Shown: positions 35,683-45,105, counted from the stretch's first letter. The stretch: DNA of 64,000 bases from an uncultured Aliarcobacter sp. (GCA_963677435.1 OY781945.1:1152001-1216000); one strand, 5' to 3'. Notes: a model not told the origin generated them from the letters alone. A program made the numbers and translations.

Positions 35683-36363
35683 ATGGATAATGAATTATTA
35701 AAAGAGTTAAAAGACATTTCAATTTTATGTGTAGAAGATGATGATGGAATTAGACAAACAATAGTTAGTACATTAAAATACTATTTTGATGATGTTTATG
35801 AAGCAAGTGATGGAAATGAAGCTTATGAGTTGTATGAATATTATAAACCAAAAATAGTGCTAAGTGATATTCAAATGAAAGATTGTGATGGGGTTGAATT
35901 AGTAAAAAAAATAAGAAAAAATGACCCTGATACAATGATTATTATGCTTACGGCTTATTCTAGTGAAGAGTATTTAATGCAGTTGATTAATCTTAATATA
36001 AATCACTATATTTTAAAACCTTTAAATTTAAAGAAACTAAATATTGCATTAGAAAAATATTTAAATAAGACTATGCGACCTATTATTTTATGTGATGATT
36101 TGATTTTGGATTTACAAAAAAGAGAGTTAATTTACAAAAATAATGAAATAATCCCATTAAGAAAAAGAGAAAAAGATTTTTTAGAGCTTTTATATGAAAA
36201 AAGAAGTTCAATTTTAAAGTATGATGAGATAGAATTCCAATTGTGGAATGATAAAGAGATGACTACACATGCGTTAAAATCGTTTATAAAAGAACTTAGA
36301 CACAAAATGCCAGTTAATGTTATCAAAAATATACCACAAGAGGGTTATACTTTGCAGCATTAA
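35683..36363 (+). CDS. OmpR-family response regulator
   Basis: VEDD, SDIQM, KP receiver plus winged helix. Confidence 0.92.
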   Translation: MDNELLKELKDISILCVEDDDGIRQTIVSTLKYYFDDVYEASDGNEAYELYEYYKPKIVLSDIQMKDCDGVELVKKIRKNDPDTMIIMLTAYSSEEYLMQLINLNINHYILKPLNLKKLNIALEKYLNKTMRPIILCDDLILDLQKRELIYKNNEIIPLRKREKDFLELLYEKRSSILKYDEIEFQLWNDKEMTTHALKSFIKELRHKMPVNVIKNIPQEGYTLQH

Positions 36364-36422
36364 CTACTTTTTATACACTTTAGTTGTATATTATTACAAA
36401 AATATGAATAATAAGGATTATC

Positions 36423-37835
36423 ATGGAAAAATTACATAGAATAGAAAAAGATTTTTTAGGTGAAAAAGAGATAGATTCAAGTAAATATTATGGAATTCAA
36501 ACATTAAGAGCAAAAGAGAATTTCCATATTACAAAAACAGATATATCACTGTTTCCAAACTTTATTAAATCACTTGCAAAAGTAAAAAAAGCTTGTGCTT
36601 TAACAAACTTTGAATTAGGTGATTTAACTGATATACAAAAAGATGCAATTGTTCAAGCTTGTAATGAAATAATTGACGGAAAATTTCATGACCAATTTAT
36701 TGTAGATCCAATCCAAGGTGGAGCTGGAACTTCTACAAATATGAATGCAAATGAAGTTATTGCAAATCGTGCTTTAGAAATTTTAGGGAAACCAAAAAGT
36801 TCATATGACATTATTCATCCAAATAATCATATTAATATGAGTCAATCAACAAATGATGTTTACCCAACTGCTATTAAATTAACTCTTCATGAATTAATAT
36901 ATAAATTAAAAGAGTCATTAAGATTTTTAAGAGATTCTTTTGAAGAAAAATCTATTGAATTTAAAGATGTTTTAAAAATGGGAAGAACACAACTTCAAGA
37001 TGCTGTTCCTATGACTTTAGGTCAAGAATTTAAAACATTTGCAGTTATGATTGATGCGGATATTTTTAGATTAAGAGATGTACAAGCTCACTTAAGAGAA
37101 GTAAATTTAGGTGCAACTGCAATTGGTACTGGAATTAACTCAAAAGCTGCATACCAAAGAAAAGTTATTTCAAATTTAAGAGAAGTTACAGGTGTTGATT
37201 ATGTGGCAGCTGGTGATTTAATTGAAGCTACTCAAGATACAGGTTCATTTGTACATATTTCTGGAATGTTAAAAAGTATTGCAATTAAAGTATCAAAAAT
37301 TTGTAATGACTTAAGACTTTTAAGTTCAGGACCAAGAGCTGGATTTAATGAAATTAATCTTCCTCCAATGCAACCTGGATCTTCAATCATGCCTGGAAAA
37401 GTAAATCCAGTAATTCCTGAAGTTGTAAACCAAGTTGCTTTTGAAGTTATTGGTGCTGATATGACTATTGCAATGGCAAGTGAAGGTGGACAATTACAAT
37501 TAAATGTATTTGAACCATTAATTGCATATAAACTATTTACTTCAATTAATATGATGAGAAGAGCATTCTATTCTTTAGGTGAAAAATGTGTTAAAGGTAT
37601 TACTGCAAATGAAGATGTTTGTATGGAAAATATCTTAAATTCAGTAACACTTGTAACTTGTTTAAATCCAATTTTAGGATATGAAAAAAGTTCAGCACTT
37701 GCTAAAGAAGCTCTAAAAACAAACAAAAGAGTTTATGACATTATTTTAGAACAAGAACTATTTACAAAAGAAGAACTTGATGAATTATTAAAACCTGAAA
37801 ATATGGTAACTAACCTTTCTAAGGACGCAAAATGA
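36423..37835 (+). CDS. aspA: Aspartate ammonia-lyase
   Basis: QGGAGTSTNMNANEV, GSSIMPGKVNP, QLQLNVFEP. Confidence 0.95.
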   Translation: MEKLHRIEKDFLGEKEIDSSKYYGIQTLRAKENFHITKTDISLFPNFIKSLAKVKKACALTNFELGDLTDIQKDAIVQACNEIIDGKFHDQFIVDPIQGGAGTSTNMNANEVIANRALEILGKPKSSYDIIHPNNHINMSQSTNDVYPTAIKLTLHELIYKLKESLRFLRDSFEEKSIEFKDVLKMGRTQLQDAVPMTLGQEFKTFAVMIDADIFRLRDVQAHLREVNLGATAIGTGINSKAAYQRKVISNLREVTGVDYVAAGDLIEATQDTGSFVHISGMLKSIAIKVSKICNDLRLLSSGPRAGFNEINLPPMQPGSSIMPGKVNPVIPEVVNQVAFEVIGADMTIAMASEGGQLQLNVFEPLIAYKLFTSINMMRRAFYSLGEKCVKGITANEDVCMENILNSVTLVTCLNPILGYEKSSALAKEALKTNKRVYDIILEQELFTKEELDELLKPENMVTNLSKDAK

Positions 37836-38323
37836 AAATAACTGTATTAAATACAGGTGGAACATTTAACAAAAGATATAACCCAATCAAAGGACAATTA
37901 GAAGTTCCAACTGATAATATCGCATTAGACAAGATTGTAAAATCTTGCCATAATGTGCAATTTGATATTAAAAATATTGTTTCAAAAGATAGTTTAGATT
38001 TTACACAAGAAGATAGAGAAACTATTTTAAAAGAAGTACAAAATAGTACAAGTGACAAAATTATTATTATTCATGGAACTGATACAGTTGATTTAACTTC
38101 AAAGTTTTTTGAAGGACAAATTGAAGGTAAAACTATAGTTTTTACAGGTGCAATGGTTCCTATGAGTATTGATGAAGTTGAAGCTACTATGAATTTTTCT
38201 CAAGCAATTGGATTTTTAAACGCAGATGTTAAACCTGGTATTTATTTATCAATGCATGGGGTTGTTGTTGATCACAGTAGACTTAAAAAAGACAGATCTG
38301 TAGGACAATTTTTAATTAATTAG
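37832..38323 (+). CDS. Short asparaginase (N-terminal catalytic domain only)
   Basis: NTGGT, HGTDT, FTGAM motifs; 163 aa. Confidence 0.85.
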   Translation: MKITVLNTGGTFNKRYNPIKGQLEVPTDNIALDKIVKSCHNVQFDIKNIVSKDSLDFTQEDRETILKEVQNSTSDKIIIIHGTDTVDLTSKFFEGQIEGKTIVFTGAMVPMSIDEVEATMNFSQAIGFLNADVKPGIYLSMHGVVVDHSRLKKDRSVGQFLIN

Positions 38324-38360
38324 TTATATTTAACAAAGTTTCAATATAATTGTTTGATTT

Positions 38361-38378
38361 GAAACAATTATGAAACAG
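38361..38378 (+). promoter_or_regulatory. 11-bp-period direct repeat GAAACA, candidate response-regulator site
   Basis: GAAACAATTAT-GAAACAG immediately upstream of the PAS kinase; same motif at 50561. Confidence 0.4.
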
Positions 38379-38386
38379 GTTATTAT

Positions 38387-40996
38387 ATGCTTTTTAAAAA
38401 CAACAAAAAATATAGCTTAAATGATATAGAGCGATTATATTCACAAATACCACTAATATTTATAATCGTAATCGCTTTATTATCATTTCTTATTACCTTT
38501 TTTATTTTAGACTCAAAACAAAATAGACAAATAGACTTACTTAAACAAAAATACTTTTTAAATTATGAATTTGCTCAAAAAGAAGAGATTAGTAGATTTA
38601 AATCTTATGTTGAAAAAAGATTAAAAAGTAGATTCTCAAAAGAAGAGATACATCTTAAAAATATAACTTACAAGGTAGTTGGTTATATTCAATCAAATCG
38701 TTTAAAAGAGTTTGATAACTTAAGTATTTATCTAAAAAATATAGAAAAAACAGATAAGGTAAATATTACTATTTTCAAAAAAGATAATCTAGATATTTTA
38801 TATGGAAATCAATCTATTGCTTATTTACAAAATCTAATTTATAGTTATAAAGAGAAAAAATATAGAGATTTTATTTTGATGTATATTTATTCACAAGGTA
38901 ATGAAAATCTTCAATATTGGAAAGATGATGTTGCAAATACTGTAAGATTGAGCTTCTTTGATAAAGTAATTATAAATGATGAAGAGTATTATATTGGCTC
39001 ATTTTCTACAATAAACTCAATAAGAGTAATTACAAAAAATGCAATAATTGATGCTATAAATAGTGATGATTTTGATATTTGGTTTTATGATCTTATTTCT
39101 CAAAAAACATATAATTTTAATAAAGAAAAGAAATATATAGATTCAAATGAATTATTCAAAAATGAAAAAGATACTAAATCTTATGAGATATTAAAACACT
39201 ATTTTAGCGACTTTGAATATAGTGATAAGTTTAAAAGCTATAGTTATCTGTATCAAAAGTATAATTTTTTGGTTTCAACTTTTTATAACAATGAAATAGT
39301 AGAAAATCAGATAAAAGGCACAATTGCCAAAATCAAAAAAGATAATAGAAATCTACTTTTAAAAATCTTTAGTTATATCTTAGTTAGTGCAACACTATTG
39401 ATACTTCTTACATCACTTTTTATAAATTTTATTAAAAAAATTATTACAGAATACAATGATGAACTTGAAAATAAAACTGTATCTTTAATCCATTGGAAAA
39501 AAAGATTTGAGTTGGCAATTATTGCTTCAAATGATGGTTTATGGGATATTGATTTTAAAACGCAAAAAATATATTTTTCTGATAAGTGGTTGGATATGTT
39601 TGGTTATGAAAAAGATGAAGTTTTAACCTTTTCTGATTGGTTTAATCTAATTCATAATGAAGATAGACCAAATGTGGAAAAACTCTTTGATAAGATATTT
39701 GCAAAAGCAGATGATACTTTTATTTGTGAATATAGATTAAAAACAAAAAATGAAGGTTTTAAATGGGTACTAGCCAGAGGTAAATCTTTTGTTGATGAAA
39801 ATAATGAACTAGATAGAATGCTTATGATGTCTATGGATATAGATAAAAATAAAAGAATGAAAAAAGAGTTACTAGATATTGAGCTTTTAGTTGAAGATGG
39901 AAAAATCGTAATTTTTAAACTTATCAATAATGAAAATTTATCAGTTCAATATATTTCAAATAGTATTCAAACTTTTGGATTTAGCAAAAATATGTTTGAA
40001 AAAGAGAATATGAAATTTATGGATTTAATTCATAAAGAAGATATTGCAAATGTGCAAGTTGCTATAAATGCAGCTGTAAAAAAAGATTTACCATATTTTA
40101 CTTTTACTTGTAGACTCATTAATGCTGCAAATGAGATAAGATGGATATCAAGTAGGGTTATTCTTATAAAAAACCACACAGGGCAAGTAAGCCACTTTTA
40201 TGGCTATTTAAATGATATTACAAAAATAAAACTAAGTGAAGAGGAACTAAAATTAAAAGTTGAAGAAGAACTTAGTAAAAATAGAGAAAAAGATAGGATT
40301 TTAATCCAGCAAAATAAACTAGCAGCCATGGGTGAAATGTTAGGAAATATTGCTCACCAATGGAGACAACCTTTAAATAATGTCTCTTTAATACTTCAAT
40401 TTTTAAGGGATAATTATAAAAATAAAGAGGTAAGTGAAGAAAAACTTGATAAGTTTATGAATAAAGCAAATAAACATATTGAGTACATGAGTGAAACAAT
40501 TGATGATTTTAGAAATTTTTATAAACCCTCAAAAACACAAAACAAGTTTTTTGTAAATGAGAGTATTGATACTTTACTTTATATGGTAAAAAATCAGTAT
40601 GAAAATCAAAATATAAAAATAAACTTTGAGTTTGAAAAAATTGAAATAACAAATTATGAAAATGAACTAAAACAAGCTTTATTAAATATCTTAAATAATG
40701 CAAAAGATGCTTTAGTTTCTAAAAAACTAACAGAAAAATTTGATGCTTTTATTAATATATTTTTATACAAAAATGAAGAAAAAATGAAATTAGAAATATC
40801 AAATAATGGTGGAAATATAAATGAAGAGATTTTATACAAAATCTTTGAACCATACTTTACAACAAAGTTTGAAACCCAAGGAACAGGAATAGGGCTTTAT
40901 ATGACAAAATCAATTATAGAAACTAATATGAAAGGAAAAATTGAAGTGCAAAATATAGATGATGGTGTTAAATTTACCATTACTTTAAATATTTAA
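38387..40996 (+). CDS. Membrane PAS-PAS sensor histidine kinase
   Basis: Two TMs flanking a periplasmic domain, PAS (ASNDGLWD...WVLARG), IAHQWRQPL, GTGIGL. Confidence 0.92.
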   Translation: MLFKNNKKYSLNDIERLYSQIPLIFIIVIALLSFLITFFILDSKQNRQIDLLKQKYFLNYEFAQKEEISRFKSYVEKRLKSRFSKEEIHLKNITYKVVGYIQSNRLKEFDNLSIYLKNIEKTDKVNITIFKKDNLDILYGNQSIAYLQNLIYSYKEKKYRDFILMYIYSQGNENLQYWKDDVANTVRLSFFDKVIINDEEYYIGSFSTINSIRVITKNAIIDAINSDDFDIWFYDLISQKTYNFNKEKKYIDSNELFKNEKDTKSYEILKHYFSDFEYSDKFKSYSYLYQKYNFLVSTFYNNEIVENQIKGTIAKIKKDNRNLLLKIFSYILVSATLLILLTSLFINFIKKIITEYNDELENKTVSLIHWKKRFELAIIASNDGLWDIDFKTQKIYFSDKWLDMFGYEKDEVLTFSDWFNLIHNEDRPNVEKLFDKIFAKADDTFICEYRLKTKNEGFKWVLARGKSFVDENNELDRMLMMSMDIDKNKRMKKELLDIELLVEDGKIVIFKLINNENLSVQYISNSIQTFGFSKNMFEKENMKFMDLIHKEDIANVQVAINAAVKKDLPYFTFTCRLINAANEIRWISSRVILIKNHTGQVSHFYGYLNDITKIKLSEEELKLKVEEELSKNREKDRILIQQNKLAAMGEMLGNIAHQWRQPLNNVSLILQFLRDNYKNKEVSEEKLDKFMNKANKHIEYMSETIDDFRNFYKPSKTQNKFFVNESIDTLLYMVKNQYENQNIKINFEFEKIEITNYENELKQALLNILNNAKDALVSKKLTEKFDAFINIFLYKNEEKMKLEISNNGGNINEEILYKIFEPYFTTKFETQGTGIGLYMTKSIIETNMKGKIEVQNIDDGVKFTITLNI

Positions 40997-41013
40997 CTTT
41001 ATAGGATTAAAAA

Positions 41014-41724
41014 ATGAATGAATATATTACAAGAGTATTATTAGTAGAAGATGAAGAAGATGCAAGGGAAATACTAAGTTTCTATCTTGATACGGTTTTT
41101 GATGAGGTTCAAATTGCCTGTGATGGTCAAGAAGGATTAGAACTGTATGAAAAAGCATATGAAGATAATAAAACCTTTGATTTAGTTTTGACAGATATTC
41201 AAATGCCAAAACTTGATGGTTTATCAATGATTGAGAATATTACAAAAATAAATGAAAATCAAAAGTTCATAATAGTATCAGCATACAAAGATGAAGAGTA
41301 TCTTTTTAAATCTATAAATCTAAATGTTATCTCATATTTTGTAAAACCATTGGAAGTAAAAAATATGATGGAGATGTTAAAAAAGGTTAAATCAAAAGTT
41401 TTGGAAGAGAAATCAAATGAACCAGTAGAAGAAGTGATTGTAAAAATAAATAATACCTATGAATACAACAGAAAAACAAATCTTCTTTATAGAAATGGTG
41501 AGTTAGTAGATTTATCAAAAAAGGAAAAATTACTAATAGAAGCTTTAGTTAAAAATATAAAAGAGATAAAAACAAAAGAGTATTTAAAAGAGTTTATTTG
41601 GAATGATGCAGAAACTTCTGATGCAACTATGCGAACGGTTATAAAAAGGGTTAAAGATAAAATTGTGGATGATGATTTTATTGTTTCTAAGAAGGGATTG
41701 GGGTATTTGATAGAGAGAGGGTAA
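41014..41724 (+). CDS. OmpR-family response regulator
   Basis: VEDE, TDIQMP, KP, C-terminal GLGY. Confidence 0.92.
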   Translation: MNEYITRVLLVEDEEDAREILSFYLDTVFDEVQIACDGQEGLELYEKAYEDNKTFDLVLTDIQMPKLDGLSMIENITKINENQKFIIVSAYKDEEYLFKSINLNVISYFVKPLEVKNMMEMLKKVKSKVLEEKSNEPVEEVIVKINNTYEYNRKTNLLYRNGELVDLSKKEKLLIEALVKNIKEIKTKEYLKEFIWNDAETSDATMRTVIKRVKDKIVDDDFIVSKKGLGYLIERG

Positions 41725-41740
41725 TTAGTTGTAAGATGTA

Positions 41741-41811
41741 ATATAATATATGTTATTTGTTTATTTTTAGGATGTCTTGTATATAATGTGTGTTGAATAA
41801 ATAGTTATATG
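41741..41811 (+). other. Candidate attI-like (or secondary) recombination site; crossover G|TTATATG at 41804/41805
   Basis: GTTATATG (41804-41811) is the exact reverse complement of CATATAAC (45051-45058) at attC1; no upstream TAAC inverse core; imperfect direct repeats at 41741-41754 and 41781-41794. Confidence 0.5.
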
Positions 41812-41832
41812 CTAATTACTATTAGAATAATT

Positions 41833-41841
41833 TGCTAAAAT
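41833..41841 (+). promoter_or_regulatory. Extended -10 promoter candidate (TGCTAAAAT) inside cassette 1
   Basis: TGnTAAAAT ~90 bp upstream of the first ORF; the same 9-mer precedes the atp operon (~19518). Confidence 0.45.
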
Positions 41842-41928
41842 TACTCATTAGTATTAAAAAGAACTAAATTTAATTATTTAAATTATTATTATCAATAAAT
41901 TTTGATATTATTTAAGAAAGGAATAAGT

Positions 41929-42099
41929 ATGGACTTATCAGATTTCGGAAGTATTGCAAGCATAATAAGCCTTTTTGTAGGTGTTATATTAGGATTCTCT
42001 AGTTGTAAATTTAGTAGTAAGTCAAACAATAATAAATCATCTCAACATGGAATAACAGCTGGCGGTGATGTTACGGGAAGAGATAAAATCACAAAATGA
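41929..42099 (+). CDS. 56-aa membrane peptide with C-terminal ITAGGDVTGRDKIT motif (candidate effector)
   Basis: RBS AAGGAA before ATG 41929; hydrophobic helix IASIISLFVGVILGF; Ser/Asn-rich linker; stop overlaps next start (ATGA). Confidence 0.75.
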   Translation: MDLSDFGSIASIISLFVGVILGFSSCKFSSKSNNNKSSQHGITAGGDVTGRDKITK

Positions 42100-42653
42100 C
42101 CGACTGGATAAATAAGTTACTGAGAAGAAATACTATTACAGCAGGTGGAGATGTAACTGGAAGAGATAAAATAACGAATATCTTACCAAAACCTACACAG
42201 ATGGACATTCTTAATCAAAAATATGAAGAAGAAGTGACTAATAGTATTGAAAATAATTATCTAATAGACGAACTTCAACATTATAGTTGTTCCCTACATA
42301 CAGAGAGAACTCTATCCACTAAATTATCATCAGCAGGATTTGAATTTGTTTTAGAAGAAGCAGAAGAGTTAAAAGAGCTAATTTCTAAAATAATTGTAAA
42401 ACATCAAAATTTTAAATCTGCTCAAAAGATTATTACACTTCTACTAGCTAATGTTGAATCTACATTTAATATAAATATAAAGCCAAGACTTAAGAATATT
42501 GAAGATGAACAGATATTAAAACAAATTTTAAAAGAGCATCTCGAAGATGTTATATTAGAACAACTGGGCTCAAATGTGTTGGAAATTTATCAGAGACATG
42601 TAAGAGGAATGACATTCTTTTTAACTGGCAATTGCCACATAGAGTGGGAGTAG
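42096..42653 (+). CDS. ABC-three-component CTD protein (LmuA-like) with N-terminal ITAGGDVTGRDKIT motif and no enzymatic effector
   Basis: C-terminal 'GMTFFLTGNCHIEW' resembles ABC-3C CTD ends; position upstream of middle component and ATPase. Confidence 0.7.
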   Translation: MTDWINKLLRRNTITAGGDVTGRDKITNILPKPTQMDILNQKYEEEVTNSIENNYLIDELQHYSCSLHTERTLSTKLSSAGFEFVLEEAEELKELISKIIVKHQNFKSAQKIITLLLANVESTFNINIKPRLKNIEDEQILKQILKEHLEDVILEQLGSNVLEIYQRHVRGMTFFLTGNCHIEWE

Positions 42654-42657
42654 TAAA

Positions 42658-43158
42658 ATGTTATTATACAATAAAGTAATTGACCCATACCATTCATTGT
42701 TGAGAATGTTAAGTATCTGTCACTCATCAAATGTAAATATGATTGAATATGAACGTTTACGTATGTATGATTTTTTACTGGCATTCCCATCTCATATTAC
42801 AGATACTACATTGCCTCGTAATTTAACAAGACAAAAGAATTTATTTAAAAAGTATTTAAACACTTACAATAAATTCAATGCTCGTATGTCTTATAAAAAT
42901 ATGGAGTTTATTCAAGATGCTGTTATAGTTAAATTAGAGTCTTTATTAATCTTGAATAAGAATATAAATACAAATGAATATAAGATTCAGAAAGAATATA
43001 TTTCAACTGAACTAATTTGTTTAATAGAAGAGTCAACAAGTATTGATTTTGAACTTTTAAAACTAATCAGTGATGGTTTATCGGAAATAGATTTGTATGG
43101 TACAAGTGGTTTAAAAGACAGATTGAAAATATTGGAGTTCAAATATGATGCAGTTTAA
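42658..43158 (+). CDS. ABC-three-component middle component (LmuC-like)
   Basis: DPYHxxxR, RMYDFLLAFP, C-terminal GLKDRLKILEFKYD; overlaps ATPase start. Confidence 0.7.
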   Translation: MLLYNKVIDPYHSLLRMLSICHSSNVNMIEYERLRMYDFLLAFPSHITDTTLPRNLTRQKNLFKKYLNTYNKFNARMSYKNMEFIQDAVIVKLESLLILNKNINTNEYKIQKEYISTELICLIEESTSIDFELLKLISDGLSEIDLYGTSGLKDRLKILEFKYDAV

Positions 43159-45057
43159 TCCATCAATAGTAATTAAACACTTAGTGGCAAAAAAATCTAA
43201 TGAAGTGGTATTTACAGAGAAGTTTCATTATGGGTTAAATGTATTATATGGTTCAAATGGAGGTGGAAAAACCTCAATAATTCAGCTACTTGTTTATTCT
43301 TTAGGATATAACATTGTAGATTGGAAAGTAGAAGCTGGTTCATGTGATTTTGTATTCTGTGAAGTTGAATTAAACAATATTACTATGACTTTTAGAAGAA
43401 AGATTAATCATAGCACTAAACAAAGTCTTCAAATTTGTTATATGGAACTATCACTAGCCTTAGAAACAAGTCTTGATAATTGGGCAGAATATCCATATGC
43501 TATTTCAGCGAATAAAGAAAGTTTTTCCCAAAAAATTTTTGAATTATTAGGTATGCCAGAAACTAAGTTTGATGACAATAGTAATATGACGTTACACCAA
43601 ATATTACGACTAATATATAGTGACCAGTCAAATCCAGCAAGGTTCATATTTAATCATGAAAATTTTGATTCTGCTTTGAAAAGAGAAATAGTAGGAAATC
43701 ATCTTTTAGGTTTATACGATGCAGAATTATATGATGCAAAGATAGAGCTTAATAAAGCTCAGAAAAAATTTGACAAATTAATAGCGAATTAAAAGCAATG
43801 TATACTATTCTAAGAAATTCTAATATCATTGAAGAATCTGATGATATAGAAGAGTATTTAAAAAAATTAAATGATGAGACTATTGCTTTGATAGAAAAAA
43901 TTGCTTTAATCAAAGCAAATCAAATTCTAGATTATACTCAAGAGAACAAGGCAATTAATGAATTGTCTAATAATAACATAGAACTTAAACAACAAATTTT
44001 TGATATTGAAAGTGACTTGAGTTTAACAGCTTATGAAATTGAAGATTCAAAATTATTTATTCAAGAACTAGAAGATAAACTTGATGCGATTAATGATTCT
44101 ATACGAATGAAACAAGCCGTTTCAAATATAGATTTTGAAATATGTCCAAGTTGTTTTACTGTTGTTAAAAAATCTGACGACAACAGTTGTAGTCTATGTA
44201 AGCAAACAGAACCTAAAAAACAAGCTGAAGTAAATTTACTAAGAATGCGAAATGAATTACAACTTCAGTTGAAAGAATCACTTTCATTATTATCAAGAAA
44301 AGAGAGTAGGTTTAGTGAAAATAAAAAAATACTAAATACACATAATTCTTTGTTAAAAAAGAATATTACAGAAATTGTACCAACCTTTTCTACTATAAAT
44401 ACAGCTAGAGAAAAAGAACTATTTGAATCATATCAATTAATAGGTCAAAATCAAGAAAAAGTTGATACATACAATAAGCTTGGTTCACTTTATAATGAAG
44501 TGAACCGAATATCGGATGAAAAAGATATTGAAGAAAAAAATATTGAGAAATTTGAAGAACTTGTAAAAGAAAAAGAAAATGTAGCTATTCAAAGAGAAAC
44601 TGAATTAAGAACTTTAATATCCACGATAATGTGTAGACTTTTGCAAAAAGATACAATTGCAGAATCTAATGAAGAACTGGAAGATAAGTTTAAGTCAGCA
44701 ACAAAGGTTGATTTTGATTTTGCATCAAATGCTATAATCGTTGATGGACAATCAATATTTTCAGAGAGTTCAATGTTTTTATTAAATAATCTATTTCATC
44801 TAGCAATTTTATTGGCATCTACGGAAAAAGAATATATTCGTTTTCCAAGATTATTAATTTTAGATGGTATAGAAAATGGTGGGATGTCTGATGCAAGATC
44901 TAGAAATTTCCAAAAAATAGTAAAAGATGAAACGGATACGATAAAAACAAAATTTCAAGTTTTGATTGCAACAAGAAGTATACATGAAAGTTTAGAAAAT
45001 AAAATGTACCAAATAGGAAATAAATTAACTTCAAATGCAAAAAGCTTAAACATATAA
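43145..45057 (+). pseudogene. SMC/Rad50-like ABC ATPase (LmuB-like), split by a frameshift into ORFs 43145-43792 and 43798-45057
   Basis: Walker A GSNGGGKT in part 1; coiled coil, CPSC...CSLC hook, FSESS signature and Walker B LLILDGIENGG in part 2; one extra base at 43774-43790 would give one ~637-aa ORF. Confidence 0.8.
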
Positions 45058-45105
45058 CAAAATCTAGAAGTGAACGCATAGCGTCACTGAAGTCAAACGT
45101 TGTAC
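45052..45105 (+). repeat. attC site 1 (54 bp)
   Basis: ATATAAC-AAAAT-CTAGAAGT-GAACGCATAGCGTC-ACTGAAG-TCAAAC-GTTGTAC: R''/L''/hairpin/L'/R' architecture. Confidence 0.85.

Larger units (their letters stand above)
41805..45099 (+). mobile_element. Integron gene cassette 1 (3295 bp): ABC-3C/Lamassu-like system
   Basis: Starts after the G of GTTATATG and ends at the G of the attC1 core; complementary cores; last stop codon lies inside the attC inverse core. Confidence 0.75.

Noticed and set aside
42052..42176. Motif duplication as a simple tandem DNA repeat or assembly artefact
   Set aside because: The copies differ at 8 synonymous third positions and lie in different reading frames and genes, each with plausible translation signals.
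43763..43768. A6 tract as a programmed or phase-variable slippage site for the ATPase
   Set aside because: A -1 shift there hits TGA at 43771-43773; the frame change must lie at 43774-43790.
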